Of a stretch of DNA of 64,000 nucleotides, positions 1 through 14,490 are shown piece after piece. A program made the translations under genes and the position numbers. Each line of letters begins with the position of its first letter. The first letter of the stretch is position 1. Source of the stretch: Octopus vulgaris (lineage: Eukaryota); the NCBI GenBank assembly GCA_951406725.2, contig OX597820.1, positions 10,788,001-10,852,000 on the forward strand, in the 5' to 3' direction. The notes below the pieces were generated by a model. It had not been told where the DNA came from. It did no database searches and saw only the letters and a program-made list of their open reading frames with translations.

Positions 1-14
1 ATATACATATATAT

Positions 15-65
<51 letters not shown>

Positions 66-67
<2 letters not shown>

Positions 68-480
68 CGGTTTTAGATTTGGTTGGTTTGCAAGATTCTT
101 TATGTGAGTTCGTGTATTGAAGCATATTCTGTTTTGTCTGGGGAGAGTCATTCTCTATTAGTGCCTTATAATTTAACATGCCCACCGGTAAAAATTCCAC
201 TTATTTCCTTATTATGTTTTAAAACATTTTCGTTGCGTCTTGCAACCTTTTCCATGGTCAAAACTATTGAAAAGTTTGCAAGATGCAACAAAAATGTAGA
301 TAGATCGCTAGCCAATAAACCTTTCTCTATTTTCTCTCCCTGTGTATTCCTGTGTTTCTTTCTGTCGAAGAGCGAAGGCTCGAAATGTAAAAGACTTTCT
401 CACTTCCCGAGCGTTAAAATATTACATCTTTTTGTTGTTTACACACTCGTCTTCGCCATTTGGTTTTTTTTTGTAAATTC
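66..480 (+). mobile_element. Non-coding PLE-tail/retrozyme-like element between (TA)n and (TC)n(TA)n tracts
   Basis: Flanked by microsatellites; hairpin at 224-297; variant HHR at 357-394; HHR region shared with 49540-49750. Confidence 0.55.
357..394 (+). ncRNA. Variant minimal type I hammerhead motif (CUGUCGA core)
   Basis: TCTTT-CTGTCGA-aGAGC gaag GCTC-GAAATGTA-AAAGA; stems I and II pair. Confidence 0.45.
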
Positions 481-489
481 TCTCTCTCT

Positions 490-572
<83 letters not shown>

Positions 573-1140
573 TGAAGTCTCCTATAAAGTCCCTGACTGT
601 CAGCTACTTTTAAAAATCAATGTGTTCAAACACCGCCAAAGTGAAAAAAAGAATCCCATTGAACATTTTGGAATCGATAAATAAATCGCAGCCAAGTTCT
701 GTAATCGATTAACTAGATTACAGCTTTCCCCCAAAAGATGCCTGATAATGAGCCAAGGTTATCAATCAGTATCAACATCGATGAACAGGCGGTAACAATT
801 ACGGTGTGCAAGACTAAACAGCTTAATAGTTGGTATTTCTTATTTCAGAACGTATGGAAATGCTTAGAGTAGTGGTTACGATCGCAAGATTGTGGTTTTT
901 ATTCCTGAGAATGGGCGGTAAGTTTCTTTCTTTCTTTCTTTCTTTTTTTTAGAAAATACTTCATCTTCTTGCTCCAGTCCGCTCAGCAATAAATGCGTTC
1001 TAGCAATAATTAAGATGTTGACATTGCGACGGACATAGGTTTCTCTATCGTGTGAGGGAGTCTTTCAATTTCAGTCACTTATACGCGATCGAAACCGCGT
1101 AAAGCTACATCCGTTTGGGCGCTAGTGCTCATGACAAATT

Positions 1141-1396
1141 TATGTATGTATGTATGTATGTATGTATGTATGTATGTATGTATGTATGTATGTATGTATG
1201 TATGTATGTATGTATGTATGTCATTGTTCAGTTTTATTTCAAGATTTCTTGCCAATAGAGATAGAGAGAAAGCGCCTGTTTCTAACCTAGATCCAAAGTT
1301 CCTTCATTGGAATTTCAACATCAACAACAGGGTATTTTTGAATGTATGTATGTATGTATGTATGTATGTATGTATGTATGTATGTATGTATGTATG
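1141..1396. repeat. (TATG)n microsatellite interrupted by a ~120-bp dispersed repeat (1221-1342)
   Basis: Insert recurs at ~32003-32108, also next to TATG. Confidence 0.8.
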
Positions 1397-1768
1397 CAAT
1401 TCACAACGTATTACTACGTTTTATGTTCAAGTCCTATTGGCCATTACTTTGCCTCAGTAGAATAAGAACTGCTTATATCTCAACAACTAACTAGACAACT
1501 TTTCAAAAATTTGCTAGGCGTTTATATAAGATATGAAATGCATTATAAGATAATTAAGTGTGGCATGTGAGCAATGCATTTGTAATAATGTACGCTTAAC
1601 TAGAAATAGTTCTCAAGAGTTTTGAGAAACTGAACTATATTATATATTTGACTTTCAGTGTATAATAATTAAAATTTTCGGCTGTAATCTAAAATTGAAT
1701 CTGAATAGATCTACAGATCCAAAATTTGTAGTATGAATCATATTTGGCGTAAGTCGACGTCGTTACGA

Positions 1769-1821
<53 letters not shown>

Positions 1822-1879
1822 ACAAAGTATATACATATGAGAGAACAAAGTATATATATATATATATATATATATACAT

Positions 1880-1915
<36 letters not shown>

Positions 1916-1949
1916 TATTTATATATATATGTCTATATGTATGTATATG

Positions 1950-2009
<60 letters not shown>

Positions 2010-2299
2010 TACAGACACATATATATATACATGCATGTATATATATGTGTGCGAGTTCGTGTTTGTCTGTGCAGATTTATTTATCATTCATGATGTAACA
2101 ATTCACAGTAACATTGCGAAGTTCGAAAAAAATTTGAATAAATCTATGCGCCAGTGTTTAATGAAACTCTATGCAATCTTCTGCGCCGATCTTACTGGAA
2201 GTATGTTTATACAAGACACAAATGTGAATTTATTCAAAATTTATTCATACCTAATCTGTCTCATTGCTGTAGCTATTTCATAAATGCTGTCAGTGAATG

Positions 2300-4300
2300 T
2301 AACAATATGCAAATAAGTAATTTAAGGAGCGGAAGGTGAATATAGTGTTAACAATTAACCCATCGCTCATGTGTATAAATGTTGGTTGCCTTCTTGTCGT
2401 GGTTAAATCTACCACCATTGTTAAATCCAATTTCGTTCCGATCATTTGTGTATCTTGAACAACAATGCCTACTGAGCAGCCATGTTAAAAATTATTTGTC
2501 GCATAGATTTTAAAATATTAATGCATTAAGAGTGTTCGAAATATTCAAATCTATGAGGTATGTCATTCAGCCACAAGCAAAATAAAGGGGCCTTAGTTCA
2601 AGCCACGGCCTACCAGTTCCACGACTTGAGGTCAAGAGTTATATTTTTGAAATTCTAATATCTGTCACTCGGAAAACATGAAAACGTTATTTCTGCTATA
2701 AACCACGATTATTGTCGTCTGCAAAGTTGTAAGCTTAAGGGTTTCTCCCAGTTTTCATTTATTGTGTTGAAAACTTCCTTTCCGGTTACTCTGTGACTAT
2801 AGTGCACCATCCATTCACCGTTTTATAACAATTCCATCGAGACTCACTTAACTGTTGTAACTGCATTTTTGCTTATCAACGACCTACATGCTACTATTTC
2901 CACCCAGATTTATTTGATGAGACCCACCATAACCTTAGATAATCTTCGTCTTAATTGCCTGTTATCTATTGGCAACTAAAACCGCCAAAACGGACTTGAG
3001 AACTATGACACTGACAGCAGCGTTCAATGAGAAAAGAAGACTCGTATTTCCTTCAAGAGTACCAAAATACAAACTCAGCACAAATTAAACAGCAGCCCAC
3101 ATTCTCCAACAAATAACATCTCGTTATGACCAATTTCATCCACTCGATTCACTGGCAAACATCCTCCAACTTGCCACAAGCGGTTCGTAAACCGACGAGT
3201 TGTATCTTCAACCAACGCCACAAGAAGAGAGGAAATGGAATTACGATTCTCTTACACCTACATTCACCCGATTTACACTTCCTGCTAGCAATGTCCTTTG
3301 AGTGTGAACCACAAAATACTGCTTTAAAACTTCATGCAAATAGTTTTATAAAGACTGCAACTGCCTAGAACTTCGTTTCCCATATTTATTTTGTCTTAAA
3401 GTATGAAACTTTAGAAACTTTTGCCAAACATCAACTCCATTCATTGAAGTAGGTCATGCGCACGGCCAATCTTCCCCAGACTAAAATGTAGAGAAATATA
3501 TTTAATGAGATTGAATTGTTACAATAGTGAATGGCTGTTCTTGGATGTAGGCGGTGCCAGACAGAAATTTAAACTCTATGAAATGAACTGTTAATGTGAA
3601 TTTATTATGCCTTGAGGAATACGATAGCATAAAATTCCGAAATCACTCTCAAGAACTACCTTAAACTTCTATACTGTTCGCTTACTCAGACGTATACAGA
3701 ACTGTGGTATATTGCATGAATAACTTCACAAATTCTTAAACTTGTCTAAACGTCAATATTCCAGCTTCTTGTGTAAAAAAAATAAATTTATTCCAACAAC
3801 AATATCAACAATTTACAAAATCAAACAAACGATACTATGATTATCTCGCCCGTACCACTCACAATATTAAAATTTAATGCTTCTCTTCTGCATTAATTGT
3901 TAGAGCAACAGAGAACATTACAGCACTAATGGAATACAAGATTTAACCTCATAAAAAAAAAACCGCCGCCGTTAGCAACACCACCTACTGGAAATATTAG
4001 CGAGATCGTTTTTTTATTCGAAATAACACACCGGCGTTTTAAGAAAATAATGATACATTATAACTTTGTTCAAAATATTAAGTCTGAGTAAAAATTGGTG
4101 CATAGAATGCGTGATGCCAAACGTTAGGTAGTCGTTTAGTTTGACCAAGGAACAAATTCGTGTGTAGCGAATAGCGAATCGGCCTATGAAAAAGGTATGC
4201 GAAACGTTTATGCTCGGAACTATTCCCAAGAAGAGATGGTTGACTGATGTTGTACGTTTTAGACTGATAGAAATTGACCTGAGACCCACCGATGCAAGAT
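2300..4300 (+). mobile_element. Highly decayed Gypsy-type pol relic (RT-RNaseH-integrase)
   Basis: Collinear degenerate motifs: G(D)Y.VTINP (~2335), KP..IF and ..HAN.. RNaseH-like (3126-3368 ORF), VYARNYS..KRWL (~4207-4250); many stops and frameshifts. Confidence 0.45.
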
Positions 4301-4962
4301 CTAATGCTGCCCGATCTACCATACACAGCATGAAACTGGGATTATTGTGACCTGATCTACTGGAGATATCACCAATTTGTGCGTTTCTGATTAACCTACC
4401 GACGCCATCTATCAACCAATTGACGAACACCTTTGTCAAAATCTTGAGCCATTCAATTATGGAGCTGAAATATATCAAACTCCCGCTGTACAAGGGATTC
4501 CTTGGTAGCGTCATAATTTCCCGATTGTCGTAACTTGAAATATTGCTAGTGTGCCGCCGCCTGTTGCAATGGATATCTCCCAAGATTGTAGCTGATAAAA
4601 TGGGTATCTAATAAAGTTGGTTATGCATTCCATCCAATCAGGGCAGCTTTCGTGTTACAGAGTCATCTGTTCATCATATCCGCTATTTCATCAGATGCAA
4701 TTGGCAAAATGTTGCTAAAAACCTGCATAAAACTCCTTGGAACTTGATACTAGACCTCCGCAGTGACCCATCAACGTGAGTATAAAATTGCACTTACGAA
4801 ATCCAGGTCTGTGGAGCAGCTTTCAATCCGTGTTACAGAAGACATTTTTTACCACGAACAACGCCGCTTTCATAATTTGGATTGAGTTGATAAGAGCCAT
4901 TCTTGCAGCAACAAACTCGAAGGTGATGCCTTTGATTCTTGCATCTCCTAATCTGGTAATTG

Positions 4963-5380
4963 ACCCCTATTCTAATATACAGTTATCTGTCGTTGCTGAT
5001 AACTAACCCCTATTATAATCTACAGTTGTCCGTTGTTACTTGTAACTAACCCCCTTTCTAATCAACAATTCTCCGTCGTTACTTGTAACTAACCCCTATT
5101 CTAATGTACAGTTCTCTTTCGTTATTCGTAACTCACCCCTATTTTAATCTACAATTCTCAGTCGTTACTTCTAACTAACCCCTATTCTAATGTACAGTTC
5201 TCTGTCGTTACTGGTAACTAACCCCTACTCTAATCTACAGTTGTCTGTTGTTACTTGTAACTAATCCCTATTCTAATGTATAGTTCTCTGTCGTTACTGG
5301 TAACTAATCCCTATTCTAATCTACAGTTCTCTGTCGTTACTGGTAACTAACCCCTATTCTAATCTACAATTCTCTGTTGT
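4963..5380. repeat. 43-bp minisatellite, ~10 copies
   Basis: Unit ACCCCTATTCTAATCTACAGTTCTCTGTCGTTACTGGTAACTA repeated head-to-tail. Confidence 0.95.
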
Positions 5381-5419
5381 CACGTCTTTGCTAAAGCAGA
5401 AGACTCTAATTGTCCTTCA

Positions 5420-5900
5420 TAGAGGGATCCCTCTATTCTGTTATCAACAATTGTACCCATCAATTTTCACTTAACTAAATCGCTAATCAGGTTTCTAAAC
5501 CTGTCTATGCATGAAACGACGCAGTCAGCTTTTATTACCCAGATCCCCTTTATTAGAATTTCATAATTCGACAGGACAAATTAGAATTTATTCACCTATG
5601 TAGCCAACGACCCCAAATTGTTATCAATTTAAACTATCCCTATTAGTTAATGAATTGAAGAATCTGTCAAAGAACGACCTGGCTGACCGGTTAATTGCGA
5701 CTTGTCCATGTTGATGCTTTCGAAAAATCTGGACGATAATAATAAAGATGATTTTTTTTTTCTTCAGAACCAGGAAATCGATTTATTTCAAAATTTTGAT
5801 TCAGTTTTGTTAATATGAGAATTATAAGAGGACTTCTACAGTGAGAATTGTTGGGTAGATGTAAACCGTAATGAGATGCGACTATTTTTATACTGGAATA
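5420..5900 (-). mobile_element. Decayed CR1-like LINE RT fragment
   Basis: DFSKA, ..LTNR and DLG-like motifs in order on the minus strand. Confidence 0.35.
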
Positions 5901-6249
5901 AGCAATTCTGATACTGTGAATAGAGTAAGAAAAAAGTATGGAAGAAGCAAAGTGTAACAAATAGAGAGAAGGAGGGTGAGAGAAAAAAGAGAGATAGAAA
6001 GAAAGAAAAAAAAAGAAAGAAAGAAAGATAGAAAGAAAGAAGGAAATAAGTGAAGAAAGAGAAAGAGAAGAAAATGGTGGGGAAATACGAGTGTTTCAGG
6101 AAAATATCTATAGTCTCAATTATTTTGCCAGAAATAAATGTCCTTCACACAACTTCATCGAAGCAATCGATGCTCACTATAAACTGTTGTATGTCGGAAT
6201 ATCGATTTCCATTCATCATTTTCTTATGCACTTATACGTATACGCAAAC

Positions 6250-6273
6250 GCGCGCACACACACACACACACAT

Positions 6274-6323
<50 letters not shown>

Positions 6324-6427
6324 AGGCACACACACACACACACACTCATACACATACACATAAATATGTAAGCATTCAAATACCTACACAGACGCATACA
6401 AATATAGATATATCATTGCAGACAGCA

Positions 6428-6466
<39 letters not shown>

Positions 6467-6617
6467 TTATTTATATATATATATATATATATTATTTATT
6501 TATATATATTTATTTATTTATTTATTGATATATATATATATATGTATGTATATATGTGTATTTATGTATGTATATATATTTATTATGTGTATGTATGTGT
6601 ATATGTAAATATATATG

Positions 6618-6672
<55 letters not shown>

Positions 6673-6800
6673 ATGCATATGAATATGTATATATATATGT
6701 ATATATATATATATATATTAAACATATATATAGATATATATGTCTATATAAGTATATATATATATGTGGCATATATATGTATATACACAGATATATACAC
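6250..6800. repeat. Compound (CA)n/(TA)n microsatellite
   Basis: Direct inspection. Confidence 0.95.
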
Positions 6801-8033
6801 AGTTACCCAGTGACATGCGTTTGTACATATTTATGAAGCCAAGAGATATATATAACATAATGCGTCAATATTTTGTTTGTTCTTTCAATTTAAACATATT
6901 GAGAAAACAAACAACATCAACTTGATAGCTATTTAAATTCAATATATTTCATAGAAATGTGTAACCAAATATCTTTTCATCTCTCTACTCAATTCTCTGT
7001 GTGTCTGTGTGTCTCTCTGTCTCTCTCTCACTCTTATAGTGTTTTCAGACTTATCCAATATACCAGATAACGTTGTGTATGTATATGTGTATATATATGT
7101 ATGTGTGCATTTCTCTTTGTGTATGACTGAGTATGCATGCGTGTGTGTATCTCAGAAGTAACATTAAAACTATTTCAATCGGAATAATTTCTTCAGGCTT
7201 ATTGATTAAAAGAACGATCTTCAAGCTCATCTGTCCGAAAACTTCGTATGTGCAAGGCGAGGCAGCAGATTAAAACGGATGCAATTACCAACCGCAGCAC
7301 AAGCTATGCACATTAGATATGTCTTCGATAAGAACGACAATGTGCAAGCAACAATATTGTGAAGGATAGAAAATTTCTCACTGGTTGAAAAACAACGGTC
7401 TAAAATCGATTAAATGAACACATTTCTGATAAGTTTAATTTTCAATTAAGTCTGTCACTTATAGACATTTAAAATGTATTAATATGCTCTGGGGAAAACG
7501 AGAAAGTAAAGAAAAATAGAAATTTACCCTAAATTGTTTGACAGATTTGCATACGAAACAACTTGCAATGCATTATAAATTAAAATAATTCTTTGGATGA
7601 GGAATCCACACTTGCAGCTGAAAATTACAGACTGAGTCAGATTCTGAATTTCAAATTGAATAATGTTTTCACTATCTCCCACTGGTACATACCAATATGT
7701 TTAGACAGATGAGTTGTTGATCGATATAATGGTGTTTAGAAAAGTGACAGTTATCGATACAAATGATTTTACCTGCGTAGGCAAAATAAGTTTGAGTTCA
7801 GAAGCTGGGACTGAATATTTGCCAGTAATTCTTTGAATTCTGAATAAGATGCCAAATATTTCTTTCCAAGTATTTCAGGTACTTTTCCAAAGCTTCTTTC
7901 TAAGTGCAGATTTTAAAAAAAAAACGGCATGTATATGAACAAACCATATTTGTAACTGCTAAACTGTCATAGCTCTATCACAATGTGTGAGTTATAGGCG
8001 CTGTGTGAGTTATAGGCGCAGGCATGGCCTATA

Positions 8034-8194
8034 GGTGCAGGCGTGGCAGTATGGTAAGAAGCTTGCTTCCCATCCACATGGTTCCGGGTTCAGTCCCATT
8101 GCATGGCACCGTGGAGAAGAGTCTTCTACTATAGCCTTGCGCTGACTCCGGCCACAGCCTTGTGAGTAATGGAAACTGAAAGATGCCTGTCGTA

Positions 8195-8232
<38 letters not shown>

Positions 8233-8410
8233 CGTATGTGATCACCGCTTGTCAACCGGTGTTGGTGTGTTTACGTCCGCGTAACTTAGCGCTTCAGCAA
8301 AAGAGCGATGTAATAAGTACTAGGCTTAAACATAATAAGTGCTAATGGTCTATTCATTCGACTAATGCATGGCTGCAGTCGAATGCCAAACAAATAAGAG
8401 AATAAAATAA
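8034..8410 (+). mobile_element. tRNA-derived SINE family A (CORE-like)
   Basis: A-box-like TGGCAGTATGG, B-box-like GGTTCAGTCCC, internal (TG)n; >15 copies in window. Confidence 0.85.
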
Positions 8411-8442
8411 TGTATATATGTGTGCGTGTGTATGTTCACACA

Positions 8443-8481
<39 letters not shown>

Positions 8482-8602
8482 ATATATATATATATATATG
8501 GAAAATCATAATTTAAAAAAATAGGAAAAGAACAGAATACAGTTAGACGTTCACAGGGAATACATCAAGTTGACACTAGTTTTAGCTGGAGAATATGTGT
8601 GG

Positions 8603-8637
8603 AAATGACGTTCCGAGCATGGCTCTTCGTCGGAAAG
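8603..8637 (-). ncRNA. Degenerate hammerhead motif (CCGACGA core)
   Basis: RC: CCGACGA-aGAGC cat GCTC-GGAACGTC; similar to 52279-52305. Confidence 0.35.
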
Positions 8638-9278
8638 AAAGAAAAAGTCCAGAGGAAATGGAGGAAATCAGGAAAGTCATAGTAAATGTAAGAGATAGAG
8701 CGAAGTATTAGATTCGTTCTATAAACTTTCTTCCTTGCTGATGATCCAAATTGAAGCTGCCTCTCACAGTTATTGCATTATTACGGGAGTAGGTTCGAGC
8801 AATGCCACAGAAATGGCTATGAAGCATAAGAACTTTGCGTGGCAACTTCATGGTTTTGGGACCAGGAAAGAAGAGTGTAGAACGACAAGCGCAGTGCTAG
8901 GGTTAAGAATTGCAATGAACCATTAAACATCGTTTATAGTTATATCAATTGATTGGTTCAATCATGCGTATGATTGAAACAAAATAGATATTATCAGATG
9001 TATGTTGTCTGTGAAAAACGACTGAATAGAACTGGCCGAGAGGAATATTGATTTGATAAGTTTTGGACAGAGTATTGTAAAAAATGTCTTGGTGCAGATC
9101 TCAAAGCGTTACTCTATAATGAGGAATAATTAGCCATTTATTAGAAGACACTGACAGAGAACAGAGGTCAAACTGTCCGACTTAGAAAAGGTTCATTTCA
9201 CTCGTTAAAATAGACATTATTTTCCTGCTGTTGTACTTCAAAATGAAACTGAATATCGTTGAATAATATGCAAAATAT

Positions 9279-10207
9279 TATGTTGTCAGATAAATTCGTT
9301 CGTTTCTCTCCGATTTCATTTGGAATCACATGAAAACTGTTTAGATCGTAGTGTTATATATTTTTGCTTTGTAGCGGTCTTCTTCGTTCATAAATTTCAT
9401 TTATAGTTTTTGAAATTTCAATAAATTTTATCATTTTTCACACTTGTGACATGTGCCAGGTAAAAAACAAATTGAGCATTTTTGATACCTTTGCTTTCCA
9501 TCAAGGTTCCAAATCTCGATTGGAAAGTTCTAGCGCATCCATCATATTCTTCTGATGTTGCGTCTTCAAATTATTTTCTTTTTCATTTTTTTTTGGTAGC
9601 TTTCCAAAAGTATACAGGGAGTTTCATTCAACAGCGACGTGAAGCCAAATGCATGGCTCGATGAATTATTCGAGTTTACAACCAATGATTTCTACCGCTA
9701 AAGCATTGACAAAATATTCTTTTCTACTCTAGGCACAAGGTCCGAAATTTTTGGGGAAAGAGGCCAGTCGATTAGATCGACCCCAGTACACAACTGGTAC
9801 TTAATTTATCGACCCCAAAAGGATGAAAGCAAAGTCGACCTCGGCGTAATTTGAACTCAGAACGTAAAGACAGACGAAATACCGCTAAGCATTTCGCCCG
9901 GCGTGCTAACGTTACTGCCAGCTCGTCGCCTTCACATTAACAAGATATTCTTTTCTACTCTAGGCACAAGGCCCGAAATTTGAGGGGAGGGGGGCAGCCG
10001 ATTAGATCGACCCCAGTATGCAACTGGTATTTAACTGTATAATGCAAGATCGCCGCGTTTACAGTGAACATATTTTGGAATCCTTGCATAAGCTCGTTAA
10101 CAACGAGGGAGACTATTCTCTTAAATAAAAAAAAAGTATAAAAGAGATTTTTCTGAACGAATAACCAAATAATTTCAGTTAAAAAGAAAACTTTATCAGA
10201 CATCGTA
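9279..10207 (+). mobile_element. Deleted mariner element with nested SINE family B copies (9715-10035, minus)
   Basis: WKVLAHPSYSSDVASSNYFLF resembles mariner WEVLPHPPYSPDLAPSDYHLF; imperfect TIRs at ~9279 and ~10190-10207. Confidence 0.7.
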
Positions 10208-10779
10208 CAATAGATGATCTATGGGGAAAAAATGGATATTCGAGGAATGATATCCATCATGTTTAGATATAGCTTAAGATTTATTTGATTAATATCAGGG
10301 AATATGTAGGCGTTATACGTTTCTTGAGTTCAGAAATATATATGTATATTTTAAAATGAATTTACATTGTCTATTATTTATAAGATGTTAATTCAGAGAT
10401 GTTTCCTTTTCAGGCTTAGATGTTCGTGGTAACTCTTAGTATGTGAAAGAAAGAGGAATTGAACAATAGTGTAGTGTGTGTGTGAGTGTGTGTGCAGAAT
10501 ATATCTTCCTACGGATCCTCGCGTACAAAAGCCATCAATTAAAGATATCAAATTCTTATATAAGACAAAACATATCACCATGCGTTTTTCGTTCCAATAT
10601 ATTCTAGAATGTGGCCTTGGTATGTCTTATGGGTTTCATTGTTTTTATTCATGATAAAACATTGCAGTCCTAGTCGTAAAAGTGTCAAACATCCTTGTAT
10701 GTTAATAAATGTACGCGTATGTGTTTATATACACAGACATGCATGCATATCCGTACACACAATCACACATATTCAAATA

Positions 10780-10888
<109 letters not shown>

Positions 10889-10902
10889 GCGTGTATGTAT
10901 TA

Positions 10903-10937
<35 letters not shown>

Positions 10938-10944
10938 TATATAT

Positions 10945-11355
10945 TCTTTTTATTCTTTTTACTTGTTTCAGTCATTTGACTGCGGTTATGCAGGAGCATC
11001 GCCTTTAGTCGAGCAAATCGACCCCAGGATTTATTCCTTGTAAGCCAAGTACTCATTCTATCGGTCTCTTTTGCCGAACTGCTGAGTTACAGGACGTAAT
11101 CACACAAGCATCGGTTGTCAAACGATGTTGGTGGGACAAACTCAGACACACAAACATATACACACACATACATACATATAGGTATATATACGACGGGTTT
11201 TCTTTCAGTTTCCGTCTACCAAATCCAATCACAAAGCTTTGGTCGGCCCGAGGCTATAGTAGAAGACATTTGCCCAAAGTGCCACGCAGTGGGACTGAAC
11301 TCGTAACCATGTGGTAAGTAAGCAAACTACTTACCACACCGCCACTCCTGCACCT
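10945..11355 (-). mobile_element. SINE family A, near full length
   Basis: Matches 23705-24157 and 30495-30902. Confidence 0.9.
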
Positions 11356-11368
11356 CTATATATATATA

Positions 11369-11416
<48 letters not shown>

Positions 11417-11434
11417 TGTATCTCCTGTCCACGT

Positions 11435-11780
11435 TTGATTTACGCGTTCGCCACCACAACTTCGTCCAGGTTTAGCAACACTTTCTATTTGTTTTCACTG
11501 TTTTGTTTGTGTTATCCATTTTGACCCTCCGCAAAATCCCAAATTTTATTTAATTTGCTTTGCGGGAGCAACTGTTTTATCGAAAGCGCATATTGTTGTT
11601 AAATGCTCGAAATACGAGACTAGAAAAAAACGAACAACTGATGAAGGGTCGTACTTTATGTTGTTTGTTTTGTTTTCCATTTGTGTCTTTCGTTGTTCGA
11701 AAGAATAATCCTTGTTCCATGTACTCGTGCTTTGTATTCTTTTATTATACACGGTTCATGACGTCCTGTGCTCACATATG
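11435..11780 (+). mobile_element. Microsatellite-associated repeat family D
   Basis: Copies at 12195-12450 (-), 21525-21830 (-), 25360-25695 (+); starts GCGTTCGCCACCACAAC. Confidence 0.8.
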
Positions 11781-11840
11781 CTTATATATATACGTATAGA
11801 TATAAGTTTGTACATATGCGTGTATATATATATATATATA

Positions 11841-11877
<37 letters not shown>

Positions 11878-12069
11878 TATATTATGTTAAATATATATAT
11901 GTATATATTTAACTTTATCAACAACGTATATGTGGGCAGATGACTTTATGAGAAGGAAGAGACCCAAGGTTTTGATATATATCTATTTATATATCTATCA
12001 ATCTGTTTGTCTATCTGTCTGTCTATCTGTCTGTCTGTCTATCTATCTATCTGTCTATTTATCTATCTG

Positions 12070-12130
<61 letters not shown>

Positions 12131-12477
12131 ATATATATATATATAATATGTATATGCATATATACATACATATGTATATATGCTTGCATATATGGGTACA
12201 GGACGTAAACAAAACGTGAACTAAATGAAAAACGAGAACATAAAAAAATAGAAACATGGAAAACGAACTTTTTTTCCGAACAACGAAAGAAACAAATAGA
12301 GAATACTCCGCATCTCGACCGTTGGGACAAGACGCGACTTCGTTAAAACAGTCGTTCCCGCAAAGCAAATTAAATAAAATTTGGCATTTGCGGAGGGTTA
12401 AAGCGGTAACAGAAATAGGACAGTAAGAACAAAATAGTAAAAACAAACACTATATACACACACTCACACACGCACAC

Positions 12478-12528
<51 letters not shown>

Positions 12529-12597
12529 GACACAGACACACACAGACACACATATATATATGTATATATATATGTATATATATATGTATGTATATAC

Positions 12598-12659
<62 letters not shown>

Positions 12660-12957
12660 AGAAAAAAGGAAAACCTATGTTGCAACGCACCTAATTAGTG
12701 CTCCTTATGAGCAAGATATAACAAAAACCAAAGTGGATGACAGATTTTCGTCGGTCAAGTTCTCTTATCATGGGAATACAAAATACATTTAAAAATATAT
12801 TCATAGAGATATTAGCGCTTGAAACCTAACATCTCGATGGATTTTTTATGTATTTTGTATTCCCATAGTAAAGGAACTTGACCTACGAAAATCTGTCATC
12901 CACTTTGATTTTTGTTGCACACAGACACACACACACAAACACACACACACGCACACA

Positions 12958-13400
<443 letters not shown>

Positions 13401-13956
13401 TATATATATATGTTATGCGACGGCTTCCACATAATTTTCCTCAACAAAGTTCACTCTGGTCGAACTGGGGTTATAGTAGTAGACACTCGCCAAGAATATA
13501 ATGCAGTGGGACTGAATTAGAAACCGCTTGGTTACCTTACGAGCTTCCTAAACTTGCATCTATTGCTGTTCTATTGTCTTGTGTTTTTATTTACGATCCT
13601 CTTTTTTAGTTCGAGAAATGCTTTTATTCTTAATGCCTAAAACCTTGACATCTCTCTTTCCAGATCTTTATATTTGGATAGTTTCTCTCTTTCAATTTGT
13701 GACATCTTATCTTATGGCTGATCTTTCGACCAGCAGACATGTTCCTAGATATCCTTTAACAGCAATAAGCAGCCGATTTGCCTTAGTTTCACTTCTGAGG
13801 TCAACTGCAGTAACCCGAACTATATTCACTTGATCACTCTTTGACACATCTTAAAGCATGTCTTTATATTATCCACTCAATGATGTTATCTCATCATGAC
13901 GGTGTCACTTTCAGTGTGTTTGTGAAAGCTTCCGACACTCACCAGGAGGCATTTCT

Positions 13957-14490
13957 ATGTATGTATGTATGTATGTTTCTTTGTTTGTATGTATGTATGT
14001 ATGTATGTATGAACGTATGTATGTTTGTATGCATGTATGTATGAATGTATGTACGTTTGTACGTATGTATGTATTTACGTATGCATGTATGCACCAATGT
14101 ATACATGAATGTTTGTACATATGTATGTACTATGTATGCACCTATGAATATATATATGTATGCACTTACGTATGTACGTATGCATGCACCTATGTATGTA
14201 TGCATATGTATATGTATGTACGTGCGTTTGTATGTATGCACATTTGTATGTACGGATTCTGCACCCATGAAAGTATATATGTATGCACGTATGTATGTAC
14301 GTATGTATGAACCTGTGTATGTATGTATATATGTATGTACGTGTGTTTGTATGTATGTGTGCACGTATGTATGTATAAATTCTTGTATGTACGTATGTAT
14401 GTTTGTATGTATGTACATATGTACGCACGTGTGTATATATGTACGTATGGATGCACTTGTATGCGTGCCTGTATGCATACGTTTGTATGT
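13957..14490. repeat. Degenerate (ATGT)n tract
   Basis: Direct inspection. Confidence 0.9.

Noticed and set aside
4014-4583. 189-aa minus-strand ORF
   Set aside because: No recognisable domain; antisense to a probable Gypsy relic
4963-5380. CRISPR-like array
   Set aside because: No unique spacers and no cas genes; a plain tandem repeat in eukaryotic DNA
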